64,000 nt of DNA from an uncultured Verrucomicrobiae bacterium (GCA_963764165.1 CAVXRD010000003.1:320001-384000); one strand, 5' to 3'; numbered from the stretch's first letter, positions 20,779 through 30,413 are shown. Made by a program: numbers and translations. Notes: generated by a model not told the origin, from the sequence alone.

Positions 20779-21089
20779 AATTTGCTCAATGTGTTGTGAA
20801 CGGCCAGCCACTGCTGGCGCTCGGCTTTGAGTGCTTTGCGTCCGCCCGCGCTGATGAAATAATACTTCCGCTGGCGCCCGGTGTCCGCTTCCTTCCATTC
20901 GGATTCAATGAGGCCGTCATGCTCCAGCCGATGCAAAACGGGATACAGCATGCCATCGCTCCATTCGATGTGGCCGCCGGACAGCTCGCGCACCTTTTGG
21001 ATGATCTCGTAGCCATAACTCTCGCCCTCCGCGAGGATGGAAAGCACCAGCGGTTTCGATGAGGCGGCCACTAAATCTTTCGCAAGCAT
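20751..21089 (-). CDS. PadR family transcriptional regulator
   Basis: SYGYEII, GMLYPVLHRLE..GLI, RKYYFIS..GR. Confidence 0.95.
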   Translation of the reverse strand: MLAKDLVAASSKPLVLSILAEGESYGYEIIQKVRELSGGHIEWSDGMLYPVLHRLEHDGLIESEWKEADTGRQRKYYFISAGGRKALKAERQQWLAVHNTLSKLWKIKPVTT

Positions 21090-21175
21090 GGCACATCTAT
21101 ACATTGCGCTGCCACATATGTCAACTGTGAACGCGGGCAGACGCATCTTAATTCGGAGGTAGGGACGCCTCGCCG

Positions 21176-21315
21176 GAGACTGTCTCAAAACTCAAAAACG
21201 GCTTTAAAAAGCACCACAAAAACACCCTCGCCGAAAATAAAAATGCGCCATATCGCAAATGAGAGAATCATAGTATTGACACACTTTGAGGATTTTGTAG
21301 TTTTGAGACAATCTC
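21176..21315. mobile_element. 140-bp MITE inserted into a GTAG-type REP palindrome
   Basis: Terminal inverted repeats GAGACTGTCTCAAAACT / AGTTTTGAGACAATCTC (16/17), flanked by a GCCG duplication. Removing it restores ggtagggacgcctcgccgaggcgtccctacc. Confidence 0.88.
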
Positions 21316-21411
21316 GCCGAGGCGTCCCTACCAATCAGCGAGCCTGGGGCTCGTGACTGTGGCCGCTTTTGCCATTGTGCCGAAAGCGCGGCCTGATATT
21401 AGTCTGGGGCT

Positions 21412-22815
21412 GTGATCGGCGTCCGATACACCGCTGCATTGATCCTGGCTTTTGGCCTGCTGAGTTTGTGCTCATGCGCCACCCGAAGGTCAATCCCTCC
21501 CGCGATTCCCAGCGAGGCCAGTTTTAATGACGATGCCGGCCATGGGCGTTATCTGCGATTGAAGCTCCATCTTAAAGGGACCAAAGAAGTCGAATTCCTG
21601 GTGGACACCGGCAGCCCGGCGACCATTTTGCCCGCGGAATGGGAATCAAAACTTGGAGAGCGTCTTGGCGTCGCGGTGATGGAAGCATCCCAACGGCTGA
21701 CAACCAACGGTGTGTATGAAGCACCCGATCTCTACTTGGGCGACACTCCAATGCGGACGGGAGCCTTGATTCAGACCGATGCTCGCATGAGCATATTGGG
21801 CACGGACACCTTGAAACACTATTGCATCCAGTTGGACTTTGCCTCCAACAAAATGCGGTTTCTAGATCCTGATAGGTTGAATGCAAACGGCTTGGGAAAC
21901 GCCTTTCCGCTGACCATATTCGGGGATCATGTGAAGGCAGATGCGCGGATTTTGGGTGTGGATAACTGGGTGGTTGATACAGGGACTCCTTTCGATGCTG
22001 TGATGGACGCCGGGGCGTTTGATCGCGCCTCCAGCGATCAGGAAGCCGTGCCCATTGCCATTTCAAAAAACACAATGCCAAGATTCGGCGCTTGCTTTCC
22101 CCGGGCGGTGCTCGGCGGCGATACTTATACCGATCTATTCGTGGCCAAGGCGCCCGTCGGAATTCCGAATATAATCGGTCTTTCGCTGCTGGCTCGAAAT
22201 CTGGTGACGTTTAATTTCCCGAAGCGGGTGATGTATCTTAAACCGGTGGTTGAAGGACCTCTGAATTTGGGCGGTGTTCTTACACTGGAAGCACGAACAC
22301 TTCTGTGGAGCTTGGCGGAAAAGGGACAATTGCCGGGACTCGCAAAAGGCGACCGGGATATTCACTGCGAACAGGAGGGCGAGGATACCGAGACCTATCC
22401 CGCGTCCAGAACTTTCAAGGTTCAAACGGGAAATTGCGTCGACGTTACCGAGAAAATCAAATTTTTCGTGTCCGGCAACATGCGTCCTATCCCAGCCGCT
22501 AATGAGATGGCTGGAAGCGATCCGGCTCCGGGCATCGTGAAGGAATTACGCGTCGAGTTTCGTCTTGGCGGCCGGACACAGGTCGCTGAAGCTGCCGAAG
22601 GCGAAATGCTGACGCTGCCCGAAGGCGCGGAGATCTTGACGGCACTCTATGGCGCAATCCTGGAAACCAACGGTGATGCCATTGGCGAGAATGGCGAAAC
22701 TTTGACGTATCATTATCTTGTTGTTCAGGAATCCAGAGGCCGCCCGTGGAAGTTGCAAAGGGCGTGGCTGACCGGTGCTAAGGGGCGAATTGTAAAGGAA
22801 TATCACTGTTCTTAA
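21412..22815 (+). CDS. Putative lipoprotein with two retropepsin-like aspartyl protease domains and a C-terminal DPAPG-type domain
   Basis: Lipobox-like LCSC, FLVDTGSP..ILG and WVVDTGTP..IIG, then DPAPGIVKELRVEF. Confidence 0.8.
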   Translation: MIGVRYTAALILAFGLLSLCSCATRRSIPPAIPSEASFNDDAGHGRYLRLKLHLKGTKEVEFLVDTGSPATILPAEWESKLGERLGVAVMEASQRLTTNGVYEAPDLYLGDTPMRTGALIQTDARMSILGTDTLKHYCIQLDFASNKMRFLDPDRLNANGLGNAFPLTIFGDHVKADARILGVDNWVVDTGTPFDAVMDAGAFDRASSDQEAVPIAISKNTMPRFGACFPRAVLGGDTYTDLFVAKAPVGIPNIIGLSLLARNLVTFNFPKRVMYLKPVVEGPLNLGGVLTLEARTLLWSLAEKGQLPGLAKGDRDIHCEQEGEDTETYPASRTFKVQTGNCVDVTEKIKFFVSGNMRPIPAANEMAGSDPAPGIVKELRVEFRLGGRTQVAEAAEGEMLTLPEGAEILTALYGAILETNGDAIGENGETLTYHYLVVQESRGRPWKLQRAWLTGAKGRIVKEYHCS

Positions 22816-22998
22816 TATTTCAACACCTTTGCGGGGGGCGCGCATCGCGCGCATTCGATGCACTGGGAATTGCAATGGGATCCATCGGAGGTTGCGGGTC
22901 AGCCGTCGCATGGCTGCTTGGGTACAAACTGCCCCGCAAATCGCATTGTTATTGGATCCCGCATCGATTGCGAGAAAGCCCACCAAAAAAGCTTTTTT

Positions 22999-23151
22999 TA
23001 ATGGCGATTTCTAGTTTTATCCCTTTAAGAAGGACAAAGTCGACCCAAATCGTCCTTCGCAAATGGATAATTAAGCAGCTTCTGCAAGCTGAACGCGGGT
23101 GGTGGGAGACAGAATTCTTCCCCAGGCGTTGCCGCCAAGCGCCGTAGGCGC
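22999..23151 (+). repeat. 153-bp direct repeat, copy 2
   Basis: 149/153 identical to 19434-19586. Confidence 0.95.
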
Positions 23152-23410
23152 TTCGGTGGTCTTGCATTTTCCCGCGCGCCTGGCAATTCTTCCCGCGTCT
23201 GTCCATTTCCGAGATACTCTGACGGGGGAAAAAATGTTAATGAAGAATTTTATCTCGCGCGCGATCCTTCGGACGGAGCGCACTTGACCTTGTCAAATCG
23301 CCGCCGTACCGGCTTACTTTGGGTTGGGGAAACAACTCCAGTTCACATCCAATATTAGGAAGAAAATGCAACGCCAGAAAAGAAATCGGTCCCGAAACCT
23401 CCGTTCAGCA

Positions 23411-25342
23411 ATGAATCCCCGCTCGGTGGCTTGGTGGGCGGTGGCGGCGCTTTGTGTCGCGCTCTTTCCGGCCGAGGCGCGCGCGCAAGCATCCGCCGCC
23501 ATGTTCCCCAGCGATGCGCCCGCGAAATTCCAGCCCAAAACCGACGAATTCGACTACGTGAAGCGCGAGGAAATGATTCCGATGCGTGATGGCGTTAAGT
23601 TGAAGACTTTCATCATCATTCCGAAAGGCGCGGCCCAAGCGCCGATGCTGCTGACCCGCACGCCTTACAATGCCTCGGCGAGGGTATCGCGCTTTAACAG
23701 CACTCATCTCGCCTCGGTCGTGCCTCAAATGGACGATACCGCCGCGGCAGCCGGCTACATCATTGTTTTTCAGGACGTGCGCGGCAAATACGGTTCCGAA
23801 GGCGATTACGTGATGACCCGGCCGATCAAAGGTCCGCTCAATCCGACTGAGGTTGATCACGCGACCGACACTTACGACACGATTGATTGGCTCGTGAAAA
23901 ATGTGCCCGAATCCAACGGGCGCGTGGGGACCATTGGTGGATCTTATGAGGGGTTCACGACGGTTCTGTCCACGGTGCATCCGCACCCGGCGCTTAAGGC
24001 CGCTGTGCCGTTCGCCCCGATGATTGATGGCTGGATGGGTGACGATTGGTTTCATAACGGCGCGTTTCGGCAGAACGGCACTCTCGAATATATTTATGGA
24101 CAGGATACAACCCGCAGCGGCGACAAGGGTTGGTGGACGGGCACGCACGATACTTACGATGAATTCCTGAAAGCCGGTTCGGCGGGCGCGATGGCCGCGT
24201 CCCGCGGGTTGGAGCAAGCCGGCTTTTGGCGCAATCTCTCGGCGCACCCTGCCTACGATTCCTATTGGCAGGAACAGGCTGTCGACAAATGGCTGGTCAA
24301 GGAACCGATAACGGTGCCGACGCTCATCGTGGATGGACTTTTCGATCAAGAGGATATTTACGGCGGCCCCGCGCTCTACAAAGCCCTGGCCGGAAAAGAT
24401 CCGAGCGGGCAGTTTATTCATTTGGTGCTGGGCCCGTGGAACCACGGACAAGGACGGCGCGAAGGCCGGGGAATCGGCCAAATACAATTCGAGGGCGACA
24501 CGGCGACATGGTTCAGGCGCACCGTAATGCAACCGTTCCTGGACTATTACCTTAAGGACGCGCCGATGCCCGACACGCCTCGCGTGCTCGTCTATGAAAC
24601 TGGCGCGGATGTTTGGCACCGCTACGATTCCTGGCCGCGCTCGGCAGCCTCGGGATCGCCAGAGAAAGCCCACGATTTATATCTGCTCCCCGGCGGCGGA
24701 CTTGGGTTCGTAGCACCCGCGGCGTCCACGAACGATTTCGACGAGTATGTTTCTGACCCGTCCAAACCGATTCCCTATCGGGCGCGGCCGATCCAAGATT
24801 TGGAATGGGGCGAATGGCTGGTGGACGATCAACGGTTTGCCGCGTGCCGGCCGGACGTTCTGGTATATGAAACCGAAGCTCTCAAAGAGCCATTGCGCGT
24901 TGCGGGCGAGCCGATCGCGCGCTTTTTTGCCTCCACCAGCGGGACCGATTCCGATTGGGTGGTGAAGATCATCGACGTCTGGCCTGACGAGGTTCCCGAT
25001 CATCCTAAACTTGGCGGTTATCAACAATTGCTGTCGGCGGACATTTTGCGCGGTCGCTACCGGGAAGACCCAGCCAATCCGAAGCCCATCGAATCCGGCA
25101 AGGCGCTGCCGTATCGTCTGCGGCTGCCCAACGTGTGCCACAAGTTTCTGCCCGGCCACAAAATCATGGTGCAGATTCAATCAACGTGGTTCCCGCTGTA
25201 CGACCGCAATCCGCAAACTTACGTGCCGAATATTATGTTCGCCAAGCCTGAGAACTACGCCAAAGCAACACAGCGGATCTGGCACACGCCGGCGAGCCCG
25301 AGCTTGATCGAGTTGCCGGTGATTAGTCTTCAGTCGCAGTAA
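23411..25342 (+). CDS. CocE/NonD family serine hydrolase (alpha-amino acid ester hydrolase-like), exported
   Basis: IPMRDGVKL, RTPY, QDVRGKYGSEG, GGSYEG nucleophile, GPWNHG, WFPLYDRNPQ. Start uncertain (23366 or 23411). Confidence 0.92.
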   Translation: MNPRSVAWWAVAALCVALFPAEARAQASAAMFPSDAPAKFQPKTDEFDYVKREEMIPMRDGVKLKTFIIIPKGAAQAPMLLTRTPYNASARVSRFNSTHLASVVPQMDDTAAAAGYIIVFQDVRGKYGSEGDYVMTRPIKGPLNPTEVDHATDTYDTIDWLVKNVPESNGRVGTIGGSYEGFTTVLSTVHPHPALKAAVPFAPMIDGWMGDDWFHNGAFRQNGTLEYIYGQDTTRSGDKGWWTGTHDTYDEFLKAGSAGAMAASRGLEQAGFWRNLSAHPAYDSYWQEQAVDKWLVKEPITVPTLIVDGLFDQEDIYGGPALYKALAGKDPSGQFIHLVLGPWNHGQGRREGRGIGQIQFEGDTATWFRRTVMQPFLDYYLKDAPMPDTPRVLVYETGADVWHRYDSWPRSAASGSPEKAHDLYLLPGGGLGFVAPAASTNDFDEYVSDPSKPIPYRARPIQDLEWGEWLVDDQRFAACRPDVLVYETEALKEPLRVAGEPIARFFASTSGTDSDWVVKIIDVWPDEVPDHPKLGGYQQLLSADILRGRYREDPANPKPIESGKALPYRLRLPNVCHKFLPGHKIMVQIQSTWFPLYDRNPQTYVPNIMFAKPENYAKATQRIWHTPASPSLIELPVISLQSQ

Positions 25343-25398
25343 ACGCTGCGCGAGGAGATATCTGATCGTCGCATCTCATTCTTTGCACCTGCTCACAT

Positions 25399-25568
25399 CT
25401 GTGCCGCCCCTACGGGGCTTAACACCATTAGCGTCGGTTGCTACAAATATATCGCCCCTGACGGGGCTTCGGAGCTGGCGCTAGACGGGCTGCATGAGCG
25501 CCGTAGGCGCGCCATATTTGTAGTAACGCGCCAAAAAAAACTCCTGAGCCCCGCCAGGGGCGACACAG
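25399..25568. repeat. REP doublet of the same family as 19572-19878, arms in the opposite order
   Basis: gtgccgcccctacggggct..ctacaaatat..cgcccctgacggggct is inverted by agcgccgtaggcgc..atatttgtag..agccccgccaggggcgacac. Confidence 0.85.
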
Positions 25569-25658
25569 CAGCCTTGCCATAAAATGAGATGCGCCCACAT
25601 CTGATCGTCGCAACTTTTCGGATTTGAGCCTGATTTCGATTCCGGGTAAAATTGCCTT

Positions 25659-25868
25659 ATGACAGCGGCAAAAGTTATTGAGAAAATCATGCATCTTCCT
25701 CGTGAAGAGCAATCCCGCGTCCTTGAATTTGCTCTTGAACTCAAGCGCAAGCGCCAGCTTTCGGGAAAGGAATTATCTGCGTTGGCGCACCAGATGGTCG
25801 ACTCGGACGATCCCGCTGAAGTGGAACGAAGGAAATCGGTGATCATGCGCGGCTTTTACGGAGACTAG
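25659..25868 (+). CDS. Small hypothetical protein (antitoxin/addiction-module-like)
   Basis: 69-aa helical ORF MTAAKVIEKIMHLPREEQ..; function inferred only from size and the LP.EE pattern. Confidence 0.55.
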   Translation: MTAAKVIEKIMHLPREEQSRVLEFALELKRKRQLSGKELSALAHQMVDSDDPAEVERRKSVIMRGFYGD

Positions 25869-25929
25869 CCGTGCTGCGAACACGACGAGAGATTTCCTTA
25901 TTGTATTTAGTGGAGTGGGGATTTTTTCT

Positions 25930-25965
25930 TGTTCCTCTGCGAACTCATCTTCTCTGCGCGAAAGT
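25930..25965 (-). repeat. Inverted copy of the 36-bp repeat at 4718-4753
   Basis: 35/36 identity. Confidence 0.9.
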
Positions 25966-25992
25966 TCTTTTCCTTCTGGAAATGGATCGCCG

Positions 25993-26340
25993 CTAGTCAA
26001 GTCGAACGCACGATTCTATCTCGGCAAAAGAAAACGTGACGCCGTCAATGACAAGCGGCAACGCTTTTATCTTTGCTTCTTCGATGAAAAGAAGGTCGTT
26101 CGAAAGTCGAAGTTTGCCCTTGAGCCGAATCCCGTTGCGGAGCCAGACCTCCGCCTCGCATCCAATTGGCAGATTCAATTTCTGGGCTGCCGCTTCCGCC
26201 GCCATTTTGCGAAGATTGACCCATTCGGAATATCCCGCTTCCGCGCTCGCGCCTTGAAAATTGAGCTCGCCTTGAGATTGCACCGCAATGCCTTTGGTCT
26301 TCACGGAGACTAAGAATTCCGGCTGGGCAGGGCAATTCAT
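25993..26340 (-). CDS. Hypothetical protein
   Basis: 115-aa ORF with globular composition, divergent from the sigma factor gene. Confidence 0.6.
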   Translation of the reverse strand: MNCPAQPEFLVSVKTKGIAVQSQGELNFQGASAEAGYSEWVNLRKMAAEAAAQKLNLPIGCEAEVWLRNGIRLKGKLRLSNDLLFIEEAKIKALPLVIDGVTFSFAEIESCVRLD

Positions 26341-26451
26341 TTTTAGGTGATTTCATTGCTCTAATAAAATCGCGGCCAGTGTGTCTTATCATACGAACAT
26401 GGTTTCCGTTGAGGAACTTAGTGGCGCGAGCCGGGTTCATGGTGAGGCAGC

Positions 26452-26994
26452 ATGGCGTTGACCCAACCAGAGCAAACCGGCACGGTGACCAAACGCGAGA
26501 CGATTGAGGGGCTATTCGCCGCCTTGGAATCGCCTCTCCTCAACTACGCCCTTCGCCTGGCCGGTGAATTGAGCGCCGCGGAAGACCTCGTTCAAGAAGC
26601 TTTTATGCGGTTGCAAGCACAGTTCAACGAGGTTCGAGAGCCCAAGCCCTGGCTCTATCGGACGGTGCACAACCTCGCGCTCAATCAGCACCGCCGTTCG
26701 CGCAAGATTGTTCCATTGGAGCCGGATAAGCCGGGCGAACCCGAAACTGCCGACCCGCGCGCGCTGCCGGACGAGCAAATCGCCCATTCCGAAAGCCTGG
26801 GCCTGATGCGGTTGACGTTGGAAACTCTCGACGAACGCAGCCGCGAAGTCATCCGCCTCAAATTCAACGAAAACCTCTCCTACAAAGAAATCAGCGAGCG
26901 GATGGGGCTGAAGATTGGCCACGTAGGTTACCTATTGCATCACGCGCTCAAAGCGATGGCCGAGGAATTGGCCAAAAACGGAGTCGTGCCATGA
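26452..26994 (+). CDS. ECF RNA polymerase sigma-70 factor
   Basis: AEDLVQEAF, WLYRTVHNLALN (region 2); LSYKEISERMG (region 4). Confidence 0.95.
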   Translation: MALTQPEQTGTVTKRETIEGLFAALESPLLNYALRLAGELSAAEDLVQEAFMRLQAQFNEVREPKPWLYRTVHNLALNQHRRSRKIVPLEPDKPGEPETADPRALPDEQIAHSESLGLMRLTLETLDERSREVIRLKFNENLSYKEISERMGLKIGHVGYLLHHALKAMAEELAKNGVVP

Positions 26995-29900
26995 ACCAAG
27001 AAGATCTCGAATTAAAAATCACGGCGATGCTGCTTGGCGAATTGCCCGAGGCGGAGGCGCAGCTTTTGCGCGAAATCATCACCCGCGATCCCGCCCTGAC
27101 TCAACTGGAGGCCCGGCTCAAACTGGCCATTGGGCTTTTGGGCGAGACGGTCAAGGCCGAAGAAGCGGCAGCCGCGACGCCCTTGCGGATGAGCGAGGCA
27201 AAACGGGAGAAGTTGCTTGCGCAATTCAAAACGGTTCGGCCAAGGGAGTTCGAGAAAAAACCGAAGGCCGGGCATCCGTGGCTGGTGGCGGTGGCGGTTT
27301 TGGCGGCAATGCTGGTGCTGGCTTCCCTCTCGGTTCCAAACTTCACCAAGGCCCGGACGACGTCCGCTCAAAACGCCATCATCAACAATCTCCGTTTGAT
27401 TGACAGCTCGAAACAACAGTGGGCGTTGGAACAAAGAGCTCCGGCCACCGCTGTTCCCTCCGCCTCGGACCTGCAACCATACCTGGGCCGGGGCGCGGCG
27501 GGAGAATTGCCCGGCGGCGTGGAGGGGGAGACCTATTACATCGGCGCCGTGGGACAACTACCGGTGGCTAAGTTAGACGCCGATAAGAAGGACGGAAAGG
27601 TTTTCTCGCTTGAGGACGGCCTCCCAAACGTCGACGCCATAAACAGCAAATCGTCGTACTCCTACTCCAAAAGCTTCTTGGGAAAGTTGAATCTCGTCGT
27701 GCAAAATCCCGCGCCGCAAAATGCCCCCCTTGCCACCTCAATGGCGTTGAACGCGCCGGTTCTGTCGACACCAATTGTGGTAGCGACACCCCCTGCCGAA
27801 GAACCTCCCACATCTGGGCCAGCGTTGGCTAACGGACAAGATCAACCAGACTCAAACGCCAGAGCCAATAAACTCTCGGGTGTTAAGGCGGCCGAATTCG
27901 AAGTTCTCGGTGAAAACGCGCGCCTCAATGCCGCTGGGGAACCGCGACCCGCGAGGGACGCCAAACGCGCGTTGGCGGACAGTCGCCAGAATCAAGGCGG
28001 TGCGGTCTATGACGCCGTTAACGGTGCAACAGTTACCAACGCCCTCAGCTTGCAGGCAGAGCAGCCAGCCATCGCTGCCAAAAGCCCGCCAACCTCCATT
28101 GTTCTCCCCGCGATTGGTGCGGCCAGCGATAGCGATAGAAACCCCGCTCCGATGCTTGGCGGCGGTGCGGGCGGCGGCGGTGGCGGCGGGCGCGGTGGCG
28201 CAATCGCCCCCAATGGGCCTGTCGGCACATTCAATTTCGGTTTCGGGGAAGGACCAGCAGCAGAGCAGAAAAAATCTGACGAACTCGCGGCACAGAATAA
28301 ACCGGCTGCGTCGCCAACGGCATCTCCGGTTCTTGCGAGCCCGCAAGTTTACACAGAGTCCGGCAGGGTGTCCGACACTGCCAATTGGGCAACGAACACG
28401 GCAAACCACTACTATATTCCAAGCGCGGCTCCCTTACCGCCCGCGCAGCTCCCGATAGATCGCCCGGGCAATGGTGCGATTGGCGACTCGCGCTATTATG
28501 TTGACAAAGATACCGGGAAAGTCCTGGCGTATGGCGACATCCCGTCTGCTTCTACGAATACATCGGTCGTGGGTGGTCTTGTTCTGCCGAACAACAACGA
28601 CGGATCGTTGCTGGGTGGGGACCAAAATCTATCCTTGCCCAATGCCGATCGTTACATCGGCAACGCAAATTCCCAGCCAGTGGCGGGTGAGAAATCCAAG
28701 GGTGAAGCTGGTGCGAATTCTTCCGAGGCCGCTCTTGCCAATCTTTCCCACGAACCAAGCGCGGAGGTAATGAAGCGGCTTCCAGAAATTCAACAATCAA
28801 AAAACGATACCGCCACGCGCATTGAAAACGCGAAGTCACTTTACGAGATGGGCAGATACGACGAGGCGCAGCGCATCCTAGACGCTGTTAAAAACGAAGA
28901 CGCTTCTAATCACGCAGCGCCTTACTATTTGGATCTCATCAAGGAAGCCCGCTACCAGGATCAAGCCCGCCATCGCGAAAGCACGGTCAAGTCGCGCATC
29001 GACAACGTCGAAGGGAACTGGACAAAAGCCAACAACCGCCAGAGCCTTCTCATGCCGCAACCTGAAGTTCAGACGGCCACCAGCAACTTCTCCACCTTCT
29101 CACTCAACGTCAGCGACGCCTCTTACAAATTGGCCGACGCCAGCCTGCGCAATGGCGCCTTGCCCGACCCGGGCAGCATTCGCAGCGAGGAATTCGTCAA
29201 TGCGTTTGATTATCGCGACCCGGAACCGGCGCCTGGCGCGCCCATTGGTTTTTCCTGGGAACGCGCGGCGTATCCGTTCGCGTACAATCGCGATCTGCTC
29301 CGCTTCTCCGTCAAGACCGCCGCACAGGGGCGCGCGCCGGGACGGCCGTTGAACATTGTCCTTCTGCTTGACAAGTCCGGCTCGATGGAACGGGCCGACC
29401 GCGTGCAGAGCATTCACGAAGCGTTGCGCGTGCTCGCCTCGGAATTGCAGCCGCAGGATACCTTGAGCGTGATTGTCTTCGCCCGCACCGCGCGGCTTTG
29501 GGTGGATGGAGTCCCCGGCGACAAAGCTGGCGAAGTTGCTGACAAACTCGACAGCCTCACGCCCGAGGGAGGCACAAACCTCGAGGAAGCCATGCGGCTG
29601 GCTTATGCCACGGCTTCGCGCCATTACAATGCGGCTGGCGACAATCGAGTTGTGCTGTTGACAGACGGCGCGGCCAATCTCGGCGAGGTCAAACCGGAAA
29701 CTCTCCAGCAAGGAGCGGAAACCGCGCGCAAACAAGGCATCTCGCTCGATTGCTTCGGAGTGGGCTGGGAAGATTACAACGATACGCTGCTGGAGACGCT
29801 GTCGCGCGCCGGGCATGGCCGCTACGGTTTCATCAACACGCCGGAGGAAGCATCCACCACGTTTGCCAAACAGTTGGCCGGCGCGCTGCGTGTCGCGGCG

Positions 29901-30389
29901 GTGGACGTCAAAGTGCAGGTCGAATTCAATCCGAAGCGTGTCACGGCCTACCGCCAGATCGGCTTCGCCCTGCACCAATTGACCAAGCAGCAATTCCGCG
30001 ACAACACGGTGGCGGCGGCGCAAATCGGTGCGGCGGAATCCGGCACCGCGCTTTACACTGCGGAAATCAATCCGCTGGGCGACGGCCCGATTTGCACGGT
30101 GCGCGTTCGCTTCCACGCGCCCGGTTCCGCGCAAGTCGAGGAACGCTTGTGGGAAGTGCCGTATGAAGGAACGCCCGTCGCGCTCGAGAAATCCAGCGCC
30201 GCCATGAAGCTGGCTGCGACGGCCAGCGCGTTTTCCGAATGGCTGGCGGCAAGCCCCTTCGCCGTTGATGTAACGCCGGACCGCTTGCTTTCCACCCTTA
30301 ACGGCGTGCCGGAAATTTACGGGGCCGATGTCCGTCCGAAAAACCTGGAATGGATGATCCGCCAGGCCAAAAGCATCACACATCAGTAA
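26991..30389 (+). CDS. Anti-sigma-like N-terminus + TM/pilin-like segment + low-complexity linker + YfbK-like vWA/DUF3520 region
   Basis: ATGA overlap with the sigma gene; ITAMLLGEL..EA anti-sigma-like start; STFSLNV..EEFVNAF; DKSGSM MIDAS, GGTN, LTDG; DVKVQVEFNP. Confidence 0.87.
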   Translation: MNQEDLELKITAMLLGELPEAEAQLLREIITRDPALTQLEARLKLAIGLLGETVKAEEAAAATPLRMSEAKREKLLAQFKTVRPREFEKKPKAGHPWLVAVAVLAAMLVLASLSVPNFTKARTTSAQNAIINNLRLIDSSKQQWALEQRAPATAVPSASDLQPYLGRGAAGELPGGVEGETYYIGAVGQLPVAKLDADKKDGKVFSLEDGLPNVDAINSKSSYSYSKSFLGKLNLVVQNPAPQNAPLATSMALNAPVLSTPIVVATPPAEEPPTSGPALANGQDQPDSNARANKLSGVKAAEFEVLGENARLNAAGEPRPARDAKRALADSRQNQGGAVYDAVNGATVTNALSLQAEQPAIAAKSPPTSIVLPAIGAASDSDRNPAPMLGGGAGGGGGGGRGGAIAPNGPVGTFNFGFGEGPAAEQKKSDELAAQNKPAASPTASPVLASPQVYTESGRVSDTANWATNTANHYYIPSAAPLPPAQLPIDRPGNGAIGDSRYYVDKDTGKVLAYGDIPSASTNTSVVGGLVLPNNNDGSLLGGDQNLSLPNADRYIGNANSQPVAGEKSKGEAGANSSEAALANLSHEPSAEVMKRLPEIQQSKNDTATRIENAKSLYEMGRYDEAQRILDAVKNEDASNHAAPYYLDLIKEARYQDQARHRESTVKSRIDNVEGNWTKANNRQSLLMPQPEVQTATSNFSTFSLNVSDASYKLADASLRNGALPDPGSIRSEEFVNAFDYRDPEPAPGAPIGFSWERAAYPFAYNRDLLRFSVKTAAQGRAPGRPLNIVLLLDKSGSMERADRVQSIHEALRVLASELQPQDTLSVIVFARTARLWVDGVPGDKAGEVADKLDSLTPEGGTNLEEAMRLAYATASRHYNAAGDNRVVLLTDGAANLGEVKPETLQQGAETARKQGISLDCFGVGWEDYNDTLLETLSRAGHGRYGFINTPEEASTTFAKQLAGALRVAAVDVKVQVEFNPKRVTAYRQIGFALHQLTKQQFRDNTVAAAQIGAAESGTALYTAEINPLGDGPICTVRVRFHAPGSAQVEERLWEVPYEGTPVALEKSSAAMKLAATASAFSEWLAASPFAVDVTPDRLLSTLNGVPEIYGADVRPKNLEWMIRQAKSITHQ

Positions 30390-30413
30390 TCAGCCAGTAG
30401 AAACGGAGGATCG

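Noticed and set aside
19434..23151. 153-bp repeat pair as DGR template and variable regions
   Set aside because: Three of four mismatches would be at A on the minus strand of copy 2, but that is too few to mean anything. Neither copy lies in a credible gene and there is no reverse transcriptase in the window.
4718..25965. 36-bp repeat as a CRISPR repeat
   Set aside because: Only two copies, inverted and 21 kb apart, with no spacers and no cas genes.
28160..28200. GGC-rich run as a contingency repeat
   Set aside because: In-frame poly-Gly linker with mixed codons.
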